A stretch of 64,000 nucleotides of DNA from Haliotis rubra. Its lineage: Eukaryota. The stretch covers positions 62,001-126,000 of the forward strand of contig NW_025766026.1 in assembly GCF_003918875.1 (NCBI RefSeq), read 5' to 3'. The position numbers and the translations under genes were made by a program. Each line of letters starts with the position of its first letter. The first letter of the stretch is position 1. The notes under the pieces were generated by a model. The model searched no databases. It was not told the origin of the DNA and worked only from the letters and a program-made list of their open reading frames with translations. Of the stretch, positions 38,525 through 53,024 are shown piece by piece.

Positions 38525-39918
38525 AGAATGTTTCAGAGTTTGTCTTTGATGACATGAGAGGTGCCTTGAAGTAGGACGTAGAGGTTTTATCCATATGGTC
38601 GTGTATCCATTACTATCCCCTGTGACAAGGAAGGTAGCTGACATTACAGAAATCCAATTTCCACCCTTGTCGATGTAGGCTATAGGTTCTGAGTTATATT
38701 TTGTCTTGCATAGTGAGTCCATGGCGTGTGCCGCCAATTGTCGGCCGACTTTTCCAAATGTTCATTATCAAACCAACGTGCTCGTGTGAATTGATGCATT
38801 TCGCTGTGTAAAAATATAATTACAATATTGATTTTGATTATCGATCGGATCATCTTGACGGCATTTTGTTTGAAGTGGTGCAGTTGGAGGTGATGAGAGG
38901 CAGAATCTGATTGGTCAACATACGGGCCATGGAAGGGCCATAATAGCCATTTGTGACGCTACGATCGAGGCGAAATGAAATTCAGCACAAATCGGCAATG
39001 ATAGAAAACGGACTGTCGTCAAACTCCTTGCTATAGAAAGATGATCCATCTATACATAGGTTACATGTTATATCGCCGTAACAATCCTGCTTACATTATC
39101 TCCTATATCTATTCAACACAGTCATTTGTCACACAATTGGTAAATAGTCTGAGTCTGATTCCAGTCCCTGAAGATCATGAGAGCATCGTCCTACGCAAAT
39201 GGGATAAGATGGCATGTGTCAACCAAGTCAGCAAGCCCGACCATCCGATCCGTTATTGCCTTTTACGACAAAGAATGGGTTAGTGAAAGACCAAGTCGAA
39301 CCCGGATCTTCACGGGCCTTACCTGTCGAAGTACATGTAGTTTCATTTTAGGGTTTGGGTTTAAAAGTATATGGAGAGTATCTGTCTCTTGTTTTGTCGT
39401 GACATGTCCATTTTTCCAGGTCTCGATGTAGGATGTAAGTGTTATTTTCTCACATGAGCTTGTATGATCTTACTCTGAAAGCTATAGTCTTGTTGGGTTT
39501 GTAAGTATTCCTACTTTAAAGTGTGATTTAACTGGAGAAATTTCAGTTGTTTATTCAGAATTTCATCACAAAATACACAATAAATTACACATATATTGTG
39601 CCTTGTTTACGCCGCCATGTTTCTAGCTATGAGAACAGTAGCCTGTAAATAACTGTGTAACTCCAATGACACCTGCGTCCACCCTATTATATCCCTTTAT
39701 CACAAGGTAATAATAAGAATTACTTTAAGTTATTATTTTGGACATCTTACTGTACTCAAGCCTGAATCATGTCACCTATCTAAACGCTTCTTCCCAAGGA
39801 CAGAGTTTCCATTTAAGCTTCATGCAAGACTAGACTTGACTTTAATTGTATCTAGTAAACATACTTGGCTCAGAGATATGCCTAACGTACACGTGGCATA
39901 ATATTACCTATAATTGCC

Positions 39919-39940
39919 CTACTTTCGGTTTTTCGTTTCA
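39919..39940 (-). promoter_or_regulatory. IRF/ISRE-like motif upstream of gene C
   Basis: Minus strand TGAAACGAAAAACCGAAAGTAG: tandem GAAA cores, near-identical to 52116-52134. Confidence 0.5.
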
Positions 39941-41300
39941 GTGCAGTTTACTTAGATTATACCTTTGCTGAAAATGATATAAAAATATATAAATATGAAC
40001 ACCTAAATATGATTATCCACCCTGTTGAAACAATACTATATCCTCACAACAGCCACGATTGAAGTATTATTGCTTTTATTTCTGAACTACAGACATATAT
40101 AAAAGGATACATTTGCACTAGAAATCATTCAGTGTTATTACAACCAATACATGTGTCAATAGATAGTTCGATAGATGTGTCAATAGATAGTTCGATAGAA
40201 GATTCATACCTGGAGTATCGTAACTATACGTACCACTTACCGTTATTTTACAGCAGGGGAACATGACAGATCTAGCGGGACACACAGTGATGTACATACA
40301 CCACGAGCAGCTGATTGTGAGAATTGACATCAAGGGGAGACAACTCGTGTAGCTATTTAACGGCTTGGGGTCATGATGACCCAGGTGTAGTTGAGTGATT
40401 GACGGATATGTACAACTCCGACCGAAAACACACGTTTTCCATAAGTTTGTGTGTTTTTACATGTATAATACCGATTTTTGTCATTTGTGAAATTAGCTCT
40501 AAAGGTTACAATAGGGAAATATGTACTTTCCCAAGTTTACAATGACCTGTATGATGCCATGTAATTAATATTATAACAGCAAATGAACAACCACAAGCTT
40601 ACTTACTTATGTCGAGTGAGTGGGTATGGTTTTACGCCGCCTTTAGCAACATTCCAGCACCAGAAATGGGCTTCATGTAAACTATGTGGGGAATAAAACG
40701 CAGGTCATCGGCGTGACGAGCGAACGCTTAAACCCTTGGCTACCCTACCTCCCCGACTAGTCTCGATCATTTGTATAGTCCGGAACCCTTCCAAACTGTT
40801 ACGCTCCATATACAATGGGGCACAACATCGTTTCCGTAATCAACACATTGTTAAATTTCTGATGACTTTTGCGGGGAAGAATATTCCCCTTGGTTAGAAA
40901 CAGAATACATCATCAGCCGCTAAAATACACTGTTTTAATAAGAGGAATGTGTGTACTGAATCATACAAATAAACAGTTTAGGGTTAATAGACATGTGCTG
41001 AAACTAATTCATTCGAGCCTTATCCCCTTTTCGCAACAGAATGAAATTTCAGTAAAGGTTCTAATGACTCACAATTAACTACGATAGTAAGAATGTTATA
41101 TGTGATATATATGCCAATATTATTATAGCAAGCGTAACGTGTTCGTGTACCGTTAGATGGAGGACAGTACCATGAGCAACTGCTACAAGACATAAGGCAA
41201 GCATAAAACTGTTAAAATATTAAAATGTTCTCACTTCTAGTCTTCTAGTAAGCATCATTCACAGGTCAAAGGATGCACACACTCGGGAACGGTATACATT

Positions 41301-44300
41301 TCAGTTATCATTTTGATCGACATGATAATACAGATAATCATCTGCCAGACGCAGAATCTGTTGGAGACTCAGCAGAGCTGGAACATCCACGCGTACATCA
41401 AGTTCTGTTTCCTTCTCATAGTTCTTGATTGGCAGAACACAGCTCCGCGGGATACCAAACATCTGGGCAACCGTGTCAACGAGATCAGACACGGTGATGG
41501 TTTTGAAGAGACCCGACAAGTCTTTGTCCAGAACAGGACAGACCTTGTCCACCTTGGTCAGCAGAACAACCTGAGGCACACCTGCACGAAGTACAGAAAA
41601 GAGGGTGTTATGCAAATTGCTGACACTTCAGGAATGAGTGAATGTGTTTGGTTTAACGCGTCTTCTAATACTGTTTCAGCTACACCACGGTATGCCAGCT
41701 TCATGTAGGATGAAAATCAGGAGGTCCTGGACGTTTACCGCTTAAGTGAACACCACAAGTACGGAGGTCTTGGACGTTTACCGCTTAAGTGAACACCACG
41801 AGTACGGATATCTTGGACGTTTACCGCTTAAGTGAACACCACGAGTACGGAGATCTTGGACGTTTACCGCTTAAGTGAACACCACGAGTACGGCGGTCTT
41901 GGACGTTTGCTGCTTAAGTGAACAGCACGAAGTACGGAGGTTTCTTGACGTGTACGAGTGCGGAGGTCTGGTGTACCGCAAAAGTGAACACCACGATTAC
42001 CTAGTGCGTGGACGTTTACCGCTTAAATGAACATCAAGAGTACGGAGAGCTTGGACGTTTTACGCTCAAGTGAACACCACGAGTACAGAGTGCTTAGACG
42101 TTTACTGCTTAAATGAACACCACGAGTACGGAGGTCTTGGACGTTTACCGCTTAAGTGAAAACCACGAGTACGAAGGTCTTGGACGTTTGCTGCTTAAGT
42201 GAACATCACGAGTACGGAGTGCTTGGACGTTTACCACTCAAATGAACATCAAGAGTACGGAGGTCTTGGACGTTTGCCGCTTAAGTGAAAACCACGAGTA
42301 CGGAGTGCTTGGACGTTTGCTGCTTAAATGAACACCACGAGTACGGAGGTCTTGGACGTTTGCTGCTTAAGTGAAAACCACGAGTACGGAGGTCTTGGAC
42401 GTGTACTGCTTAAGTGAAAACCACGAGTACGGAGAGCTTGGACGTTTGCCGTTAAAATGCCAGGATTTTTATCGGGGACAACCAGGATTCGAAAACAAAT
42501 ATTTGGTTTCTGTCGTGCCTAGTGGGACGTAATTCTGCAGATCTGCTGCGTCTTACACGACTAACTCATCGATTACCCTGACTCCCTATTCAAACCAGTC
42601 AAAGTGGCACAGTGGCACATGTCCATCCCGAACGTACCGATCTCCTTATACAGAAATAATACATACCAGCATGTCATATTTCAGATCATTTTAACATTTC
42701 TTTCACACAAAGTGCGAAATGTGTGAAATAAGACATCATTATGAACATCTAAAATGTGTGAAATAAACATCATTATGAACATCTAAATGTGTCAATCAAT
42801 AATAGCGAAAGTCCAGAACAGTGTCACAAGAGAAGGTACATATCGTTCTGACAATAATATGATTCACTTAACAGCTTGCTATTATATTCCAATTCCTGCC
42901 TTGATTCTACCAATAGCGTGCGTCACACGTCAGATCAAGTAAACTAACGCTGGCGGCGGAGGGTAGCTGAATGGATAACCACGCTCAGAAGGCGTGACTT
43001 GCATCTAATTCTTTAGTCGCGTTCCATACTGATGATGAAGCATATCTGTGGTTTCTTAGATTTGTTCGAATAACCCTTTCACAAAGCAGCTAAAAGCATC
43101 TGAGACTGTGATGACAACTTGGGTATGCTACCCCGATTGACGATCATGAGAAGATTTTTTTTAATACTTTTTTGAGGGAACACTGCCATCTTGATATTTT
43201 TTGCAACACTGCTACAACACACATTTTACGCATACATTATTTTACAATGGTTATCTGGTCTACAATACCTCGAGCATTTGCAGATTCCTGAAACTCTTTC
43301 ACAACCTCTAGGATCTTGTCCGAAAATACGTCCACAGTAGAGGCGTCAACGACGAACACAACACAGTGAGCTGTGTCTTCAAAAGATGGAGATTTCCTGT
43401 AGCCTCTTGTCTCTGGACCCAACTTGGTTAATGGGTTAAACTGAATACAAAAATTATACTTGCACCTAGTGCAGCAATCAAGCTCCTAATGGTAAAGTGA
43501 TTGCAGCTCGGGTTGATAATATGTTCTTGCGGTAAAGGGTCCGATGAAGATTCAGATAAAGAAGAACAATACCTCTATGGATAGCCCTAGTCCTGACTAG
43601 TATCGCCAACAATCGCCTGCATCCAGTGGGGTGGATGTAAATCATACAGAGGTACAGTGCATGTAACAGATGTACAGTAAATCCCCTATCCTCCGCGTAT
43701 AGTTTGTTCTCATAACGTTCACAATGGTTTCAGGTACAAATCCGTGACATGTTACCAGAGATATTTCTATGGAAGCGTAGTAGTGCCACAAACAAAAGAA
43801 GAGCATCTGCGTAGATGATACTTGAATCTATTCTTTTATATTACAACGCTGATAGTTGGACAATTTGAAATGATTTCACTTAGGTGCAAAAGTATCCCAA
43901 AAGGACAAATAGAAATCAACAATCAACATGTTGCCAAATATAATAATACTATATATGTTTGTACTATATGCTTCAAGGGTCTCAACTTCCCAATGAAATT
44001 ATCATCTGTGTTGATCTCTTGTACACAGATGAAAGTACCTGCTACGTGAATGAAAGTATTTTCGATGTAAATGTAATTATACGTATCGTCTACGTATATG
44101 GAAGTATCTTCTACATAGAGCTAAATATCATCAAAGTAGATATTTCTTTAGACTCTGGCAATAGCTTTATAAATTACTGTTCCTTTGCGCCAGGTTAATA
44201 AAGTGCAGCATGTTCTAGTCAAAATGTGGCTGAAATGATGCTGAAGTGACCCCAAACGTCAACTCACTCACTCAGTTACACAAAGCGTACTAATACACAA

Positions 44301-47300
44301 CCTGAAATCCATTCTCAACGTGTCCATCGAGAAATGCCACCAGATCCTCGGGCTTCATCCCATTGTCCCCCTTCAATCCTCGTGTGTCACACAGACGGAA
44401 CTTCAGCGGCGTGCCAGACTTCGACCTCACTTTGTAAACCTTGAACTATGTAATTCGGAAAACATAATGGACCTACGAAGAACACCGAAAAGCAAGCATT
44501 GGTCATCCTCGAAAATCTCCAGGGTATATGTTCCGATAAATCTCCACTATACCCTGGTTGCATCTACAGCTCGGCCCGATGATTTTATTACCTCCCTTGG
44601 CTAGCTTTTACCCAATCGGGTGTCTACGCTGGGAAGGTGAGCTTACAAATCACAACTTTCGCTTCTTAAATAATCTAACCGATTAAACTTGGCAATACAA
44701 ATTATGCAGAGGTACTCTGAAAGAGGAAGAGGAGTTCTTGCATATATATTTTTAACGTTTCGGACCTGTCAATTTGTCTGTATAATTTCTCCAAACATCT
44801 GAGTCGCACTGCGCACAAACCTTCGCGGCTGCGATCGCTATTTTGTTGACACTGGCAAGCTCGGTTGTAACGGCGGCTTAGCCGATAGGCTACTGTGAGA
44901 ATGCGGGCCAGAAAAGGGAGGTAATAAAATTATCGGGCCAAGCCGTATGTGCAACCAAAGTATAGTGGAGATTTATCGTAACGTATACCCTGGAGATTAT
45001 AGAGGATGAGCATTGGTGTGTACATAGTCGCTTTACAAACTATAGCATAAAGTTTCACATGAATACGGTTTCACTCTGCTGCAAGCAGTGGTCAGAATTG
45101 TAATAGTGTTAACTGTCAAATCTTGGATGAATTTTCCAAACCAGTGATTGAAATAATGAGCAACGATCCCCGGCATCGGGAAACTACCTACGATCTGTGT
45201 TTCAACTTACATGACAAGAACAGGTTAACCAAGATATCAGATCTACATGGAGTTACCATGGGTAAATTCAAATGACAAAATGAAGTTTCCTACATTCCTC
45301 TGATAAAAACCTTCATTCATTCATCATTGTAATTTTATATTTCTGCATTCACTGTTACGGAGCAAAGGCTCTCGGGTACCACAGAGTCAAGAACTGAGCA
45401 TTTGAATTTAATATTTTATATTACAGATTCAATAAAAGTTGAAATCCCTCCTGACCCCAACAAAGTTAAAAGAACAAATCTTCTCACAGTTACTTACAGT
45501 CCAACTTTAGAGAGAATTTCTATCTAATCTGTCTGTAGGCATGTAAAAGTAGTTATTGAGCTATCAAAACAATAACATGGACTTGAAATTAGTAAATTCT
45601 ACTTCTATGTCAGGCATACACCAATATCAAACTCAAAGGAAAAAACACAATTTTTATAAGTCTGCAAATAGCGAAAGCCACCACGTCGGAATCTGTTTGA
45701 TATATCAGCCATGTTTTGTTGAAAGATATTGAATGGTTTTCAAGTTGTGCTCCGGAAACGAAGTGATTACGGACGGACGGACAGAGAGACAGACAGACGA
45801 GGCGTTGACTATATCTCCCCGCAATTTTAATTGATTTCTACCTTTTCTACTATTATAAAAAGAATAGTTTCTTCATTCATATGTCGAACATACGGTAGTC
45901 TCGAAGCAAAACTTGTTCCCTGCATATTTAACATTTTGCGGTTGTTTTGGCCCTCGGATAAATCAAAATGTTTGCATATGTCCCTCAACTTCGACAGAGC
46001 ATTGTCCGCAAATCTGCAACTGATTTCTTAAATACGTACCCCTTGCGTGAGACTGTGTGTGGTACTACCACTCCTCGCCTGACCAGTCACGTGACCTTTG
46101 AACATTGAGTTGATGGTGTTGAAATAGCTCGATTTGCCACTTCCTACTGCACCCACAAGCAACAGATTGACATGGTCCAGTTTCGCCTCTTCCACGGGAC
46201 AGTATCTCTCAAGTTGTGTCATCAACTTCTGGTTAACATATTGCGATAATGTACCTCAATCCACGTGCACAATATAGTTATTAAGCTATATATATATAAT
46301 TATTTCAACATCAATTTTTTCGCAAATGGTGGCTGACCTGTAAAACTCCCGTGAATAATTCTGAAAAACTTGAAGTAGGCATGTACATGAATATGTTTAT
46401 GTACAGTGAAACCGTACATGTGATTAGCGACATTAACAATCTCGTGGGATCTCGTGGAATCTCGTAGACTGGGATAGAGACATAATGTAACAATAGCAGA
46501 TGAGTGTCTTTAAGGCATATACTAACCCCGTGGTCTGCATTGCCGATGTTTCGCCACGGATCATCGAACTCCACATTTGCGTCTTCAGCAAGAAAAAGAA
46601 CAAACAGATAAGAATATAGAAAAACATTTTCGGCATGTGTTTCGATGTCTACGTTAACAATGATTATGAGGGTTTCCTGTCTATTAGAGGCGGTGGGGTT
46701 GCCTAGTGGTTAAAGCGTTCGCCGAAGACCGGGTTCGATTCCCCACATGGCTACAATGTGAAGCCCATTTCTGGGGTCCCCCGCCGTGATATTGCTGGAG
46801 TAAAATAAAATAAAACAAACTCACTCATCCCTGTCTGTTTTAGTGCTGTGTGTATCATAATGTGTTCAAATCCCGATTCCATGTTTCGAAAACTATCATT
46901 CCTAATAAAATTGGATAGCGCAAGCAGCCATATATAAGGCAAGATATGGGGTAACTGAAAAAACAATCGATCACGCACAGGAAAATTCCCTTTTGCAATC
47001 TGCAAATCTTAAGAAAAAGGTTCATTTGCTGTCCACAGAATTGTCAAATAATAATGTGCACCAAGGTAAGGTTGGGATTTCAAAACCAACATTACTAGTA
47101 TGCTATTGTTATTAGTTTATTAGCGTAAGTACCAAACCGAAACATGAGTCATCAACCTATTCAGACATTTACCTACCTTTCAACCCATCCGAAGTTTCTC
47201 GTGTGAAAGTGAAAAGAGACACAACAAACAACTATGGTTACACGTAATTCCAATTCCTTCTTTCATAAGAAAGGGCATTTACAAATTTTAATTTTAAACT

Positions 47301-48784
47301 ATAAAACAATCGTATTTCTGTTTGATGAGGTCGTAAAATGATTCATAATTCATCTGGCTCACTGGTTACACTTGTTGTGTCTTCTTTGGACTAAGAAAAC
47401 TGTTCAGTCAGTGTTGAAGCGTTCAGTTGAGTTGTTAATGAACATTGAGATAATATATCATTTACAGTATATTAGTTATCCATTTTCACAAATTCATTTT
47501 GAATTGGTGTTAACTGTTTAATAAATGTGTTGAACAGATCTTGATTTGGTTTCTCTGTTCATAAGTATTGACTTTACCTCTATTGGTAGTTGGAAAAAGT
47601 AAGTGAACAATTTGACATGACAGACACTATATTCTATCTGGCCAAATACCTCATCTAGCTTGTTTTTAATGCCAAGATTATTTTTATAAAGAAAAATACT
47701 GAGATTTGGATGTCAACCCCATAGGATATGTTGAATTAACTCCATGTATTGCAGCGTTCATTTTACTGAAACGAATTTTATTCTAGAAAAAACTTACTTC
47801 TACCTCTGTCAGTTCAACGCACACGCACACGCACACTCACGCCATCCCAACCCCTACCTCACACACATCTTTACTCGCACCAACTCACACACGCGCGCGC
47901 ACAAACACACGGTTGAAATAGTATTGTCTTCAAGACATCAAGAACCTGACACCCCTAGGTAAAAAAGAAATGGTGGAACACTCCACTCCAACGAGACAGT
48001 TCAAGAAGACAAACTAAACATGCTATTAGACATGCTGTCATTAATTTTGGTTTTGATGACAAATCTAATCGATGGGTTTTCTGAACTGCGCTTATTCAAA
48101 ATTTTATTTCCTACAAAACATTTCAACTCTTCTGGATGGATTCATCCGAATGATTTTTACTCACATTCCTGGACAACATTGACTGTTGAATGTGAAAGTA
48201 TATGCATTATTATCTAGTTATTGTTTCAGTTATTGTTTCCTCAACGTCCCCTTACCTTGGACCTTGTAAACATCAATTGCCGACAGCTCGAGATCATTCC
48301 CTGTGAAATCTGTTGCTGTGTCGCCAGCCATGTCATAGTCCGCCCCGTGTTTACTTGCTGTTTTACATGGGAAAAACCCATCTTTCTTCTGATAAGGACC
48401 CTCATTTAAAAAAAGTAGGTCTTCACCAAAATAAGGACCACAAGATGATTTCTGGCATATCGCCCTTTTTTCGTGTTCATCTTTTAGCCTGTACTTCTTG
48501 GGTTGAAAAGATCCATCTCTGTCAAGCCTGAAGAGAAATGCTCTGTCATCGTAGGAATAAGAAGACGACGTTACACCCCAGCTTACATTGGTGTAGCCTC
48601 CAAACACCCATCCAGCGGTATTACGTGCAACCGTCACAGTTGCTCCTAAGTTGTCACATTTGGAGTGGAATGCAGAGGCTCCACATTCATCAGTTGCAGT
48701 GCTGTAGAGGAGTTTGAACTGTTTGTTTCCTCCCAGCCAAGTGGACAATTGTTTCCGATGAGACGACGACAGATGTGAAGTCAT
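41301..48784 (-). CDS. IFI44L: IFI44/IFI44L-like protein, gene D (~456 aa), 6 coding exons
   Basis: Exons 48784-48256, 46582-46527, 46228-46040, 44445-44302, 43440-43269, 41581-41301 (1371 nt). Exon sizes 56/189/172/281 are identical to gene A. G1 GAVGSGKS, G3 LCDTRG, G4 LTKVD. Confidence 0.92.
41720..42455. repeat. 43-bp minisatellite, roughly 17 copies, in the last intron of gene D
   Basis: Unit ggaggtcttggacgtttaccgcttaagtgaacaccacgagtac. Confidence 0.93.
44500..45012. mobile_element. MITE with ~100 bp TIRs
   Basis: tcatcctcgaaaatctccagggtata...ttattacctccct pairs with agggaggtaataa...tataccctggagattatagaggatga. Confidence 0.85.
46689..46828 (+). mobile_element. tRNA-derived SINE family 1 copy
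   Basis: A/B boxes and cacatgg...aagcccatttctgg body. Confidence 0.85.
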
Positions 48785-49127
48785 GTTTTCGACAGTTTAC
48801 TGCGCGTATAGCAGGACCTGTGGATCATACATAACAACAGCTTTGAAACTCAAAAAAAGGTAATCATCATTGTCTCAGGGCGTAGATATACACCGCAATA
48901 AAGCTTGTGATTTACTAACTATTGAACTCTTCTCAGTAAGTTTAAATTCTGTTATTCTTTCTCTTGAGGTATACATGATATCTAAACCATGCACTAGTAC
49001 AGTTTTAAATAGCCCCTGGGATGTACATTACATTATTAATATGCGGTGAAACCATCAGCAGTTAAATATATAAAGAGAGACGGTTAAATAGCTCTACAGC
49101 ATGGTCTGACGTTTGGTGTGACAGGAT

Positions 49128-50148
49128 GGTGTCCTCCCATTTCGCAGACAGCCAGTTCGCAGACACCTTAAAACAACAACATTTACGGTTCAGTGAACAG
49201 AGTATCTACTACCTGTTACCTACACATTATAATGGAATAGTCCAAATAAAAACACAGGAACAAACTGAAGCTAGGTTATTTATTTTGAAAGATGGACTAA
49301 AAGACAGTTATTTGAATTTTTATTGCTGCAATATTAAAACAGTTTATTTTTATAAACATTTCAGTTTAACCTTCTAGTCTAACGCGAGTCGGCATCATCA
49401 TATTGAAAACATTAGCTTAGCTATTAGAAATTGCGACACGGTTGTATCATATAAATCAAAAAGACACATGTGAACCTAAATATTATTCATAAGGAATAAA
49501 GAAGTTATGTGTTTTGCACACAATATTAAGATACAAGACAAGCCCACTTAATTACGATTTATTTAAGACGCATCATGTGAATGTGGCCATGGATGTGAGA
49601 ATGTTTTTCATTACTTCCTTGAATGTCCATTGTATACTACCCAAAGACATAAACTGTTACAATCTTTAGAAAGTATTGTTAAAATTAGAACACTGATTGG
49701 TATTAATCTGATCTTACATGGCAATGCAGGTGTTTCATTTACTGCAAATCAGAATGTTTTCAAATATGTACAGATCTATATCTCTCCAACAAAACGTTTT
49801 CTCAGTTAACTTCTGTTGTACATATCCTATTATTGGGAGGGGTCTTTTCTATCAATTAACACAATCAAACCTCTCAATGACAAAGCTGGGTTTTTTTTAA
49901 TTTTTGATAGTAATTGATAGTAAAATCAATTTGAGAAGACAAATCATTTATAATTTAATCATAACCAAGTTCTATTTACCCACAATCAAACTGCTCAGTA
50001 ACGAACCTGTTTCAGGCTTACCCTGCTCTACTCACTAGACAGTGGACTGTTCCATTATACCCGTAGGTGTTACCCTCATTAACCTTCCAGTTCAGTGTCT
50101 GTCAAATGGGTGTCTGATAACTGGGTGTCTGTCAATTGGGAGATAACC
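49128..50148. mobile_element. Non-autonomous DNA transposon with 8-bp TSD
   Basis: TSD gacaggat on both sides; imperfect TIRs ggtgtcctcccat / ttgggagataacc with subterminal cagaca repeats. Confidence 0.7.
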
Positions 50149-50299
50149 GACAGGATATCTCGATTTAATTAACAACTGACAAGATTCACACTGTACGTAA
50201 ATCAGCATAGCGCTGTATCTATTAATCCTTACACTTAAAAGAACATCGTCATTTAAATACATCACATTGTTAATACTGTATGTGCATAATTCAACATTT

Positions 50300-50868
50300 A
50301 TCCCGGTGTCAGGGGTTTTCGACGATGTAAGACAAAAACGTATTTTTTATCTGTAATATCATTTAAAGTTTGTATTTTTCTAACCTTGAGTGATAAAGGA
50401 TATATTCATCTACTTCACACAAACATATCAAGTGTTCCGCTCGTAACATCCGGGTATTTTGTATGGGATTTCGACGATGACAAATACTTTTTGCTCCGCA
50501 CTGCGAGGGAGTGTTGTGATCACGTGGCTTCCTATTTATATATTGCCTGTCACCAGCAGACGACTGATCTTACTGAATTTTCGCTTGCTATTATTTGTTA
50601 TAAAGGCAACTGATTTTGCATCTGAAGTGGTATTAAATGATCTCGGGTAAATAATATTGATGTTTGTTTGCTTTTTATATAACTTTACTTCCGGATTTCC
50701 ATTGTCAATAAAACTTCTCACGACAGCGACTGGGCACCCGCCCTACCAGTGAAACTGCTTGTGCACTCCGATTGCACACGTATTCCCCCGATATAGCGCG
50801 TGCAATGCAATCGTCGAAATCACCAGAACGTCGAATCCAGCTCGTGTTGGGATATAATATGTATTATC
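50300..50868 (-). mobile_element. Dispersed repeat, copy 2 (inverted relative to 2740-3255)
   Basis: ccgccctaccagtgaaactg...aatcgtcgaaatcaccagaac. Confidence 0.85.
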
Positions 50869-52115
50869 ACTTAAAAATCACTTACGTTATTAATCAACAA
50901 TACAAACTAAATACGTTTGGTTGAGATTATAGGTCTGAGTTCCAAGAAGGAACAGACGTGTACATGTTAGGTGTTCTCTCGTGTTGTCATTCAAAAGAAT
51001 GCTGTAAACATAATTTAACGATTTTACTATTTTTTGTGTTGTTTTTTGTGTGTGTGTTTTGTACAAGGCGTTTTGAAGTGTGGTACAAAGATTTGTGAGT
51101 TCACATATATAAAACTGGTATTCAGAGGATGCACAGTGTCGGGAGTTTTGCTGACATATTTAGACATAAACACCTGACGTTGTGTTGTATCCTAATGTGT
51201 TGTACTATTGACGTTTACTGACCATAACATCATACAGGGGCCTGCAGGTTCATCTCAAATGGTGTCCATAATATCCCAATTCTGGAAGTTTCGGGATAAT
51301 ATGAAAACAAATGAGACAAAATATAACATGAAGCAATTGGTCAAGTTGCTGGTTGGCCTAACGATACTAGCCACCGCCAACAAACTCCTAACATGCACAA
51401 GCGCGCATTACTAAACCACAGGTAACCCAGTCCTGTCGACCCTCAATGATAGGAAGAAACATACTATTATTGTGATGATAACATCATGTCCACATTATCG
51501 TGTAGCCTGGCCATAACAGGTCTTAGTAGTAGGACAACATCATTTCTGTTAAAAATTCAGAAAAAGGCTAATAGATAGGTATTAACATTCTTCTTTCTTT
51601 ACATTTTATTATCAATACACTGTCATATATTGTCATCATAATCGTAATCACTGTCTATATGTTGTTAAAGAGAATATTTCTAATGACCGAGGTGTCTAAG
51701 TTTGTGAGAGTAACATCTGATTCGATCTATGTTGATGTTCCCTGCTTCGATGTTTCTTTCCTATTCTCTGATGATCTTGTTGCAGCGCTGTCTCTGTTAT
51801 GGATTCAAAATCGTCAAATTTAACAACATATGATTTTGCTATATACATTTGTTATTTCCCGAATACAAAAGAAAATAGAATAAATAGCGTTCTTAAGAGA
51901 GGTCTTTTCTTCTCTTCCAGATGCAGATTCTACATACCCACTCATAAACAAGCAAAATAAAGCAGATGTAAAGTTACAGATATTGTTTCATTTTTTATAT
52001 ACTGTTTTTCATTTTAAACCGACCGTCCCTACATTAGATCACGGTGTCTACGTGAAACACATTAAATTAAAATGCCGCCCTTATCTAATGGGCCCGACAG
52101 TATTAGTTGGTAATG

Positions 52116-52134
52116 CTACTTTCGGTTTCGTTTC
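52116..52134 (-). promoter_or_regulatory. ISRE-like motif upstream of gene D
   Basis: Minus strand GAAACGAAACCGAAAGTAG fits the GAAANNGAAA IRF consensus with three GAAA cores. Confidence 0.55.
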
Positions 52135-52226
52135 TAACATCAGACACATAGACATCGATAGTATTCGGCACCCAGCTTTTGTCCTGAAAGTTTATTACAT
52201 GACAATTGAAATTCTCGTGAAAACGG

Positions 52227-52399
52227 NNNNNNNNNNNNNNNNNNNNNNNNNNNNNNNNNNNNNNNNNNNNNNNNNNNNNNNNNNNNNNNNNNNNNNNNNN
52301 NNNNNNNNNNNNNNNNNNNNNNNNNNNNNNNNNNNNNNNNNNNNNNNNNNNNNNNNNNNNNNNNNNNNNNNNNNNNNNNNNNNNNNNNNNNNNNNNNNN
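52227..52399. other. Assembly gap
   Basis: Run of N. Confidence 1.
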
Positions 52400-52993
52400 G
52401 CAGTGTGTATGCAGGATAATGACGCCATCTGACCAACAAAAACATACAAACGTCCTTCACTGACCTTACAGGGTAATGGACTCTCGAAGCTATTTCCTCT
52501 TTGTCTCGCTTAATCATATCTCGCTTAATCTTTATAAAGAGAGCTAACTCTATGAAGCAAGTGTCAGTCGATGCAGAATCGTAACGCGCTCTCACACCTG
52601 AGATCGAATCGCGTGACAAACATTTGTTGTCAACATTTACGGTTGCTGCACATGAAGGTGATATGTTGCATATGATTACCACAATATCGGGAATGTTTCC
52701 CCTCAGAATAAATATGAAAATTGGAATGAACTTGTAAAGAAATACATTTTGCTGATGCTCAGTGGGGAAACTACATGGTCTTTGGTATCTTTCATGACGT
52801 GTCTCATATATTTACTGTTATTATTCCTTTGCTTTAACGTTTCATCTGTTTTGCAGTACAGGTGAAGATGAACAGAACAGTATGTCTACAGCGTACGAAC
52901 AGTCCCATTTCTATTTCGAATATCTAAGCCAAAGCCGGTTAGTTGGAAACATTTTCAAGACTCATGTAATTAGAAAGTAAGTGAGTGAGTCAA

Positions 52994-53024
<31 letters not shown>

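Noticed and set aside
51983-52682. Long ORFs
   Set aside because: Artefacts spanning the N gap.
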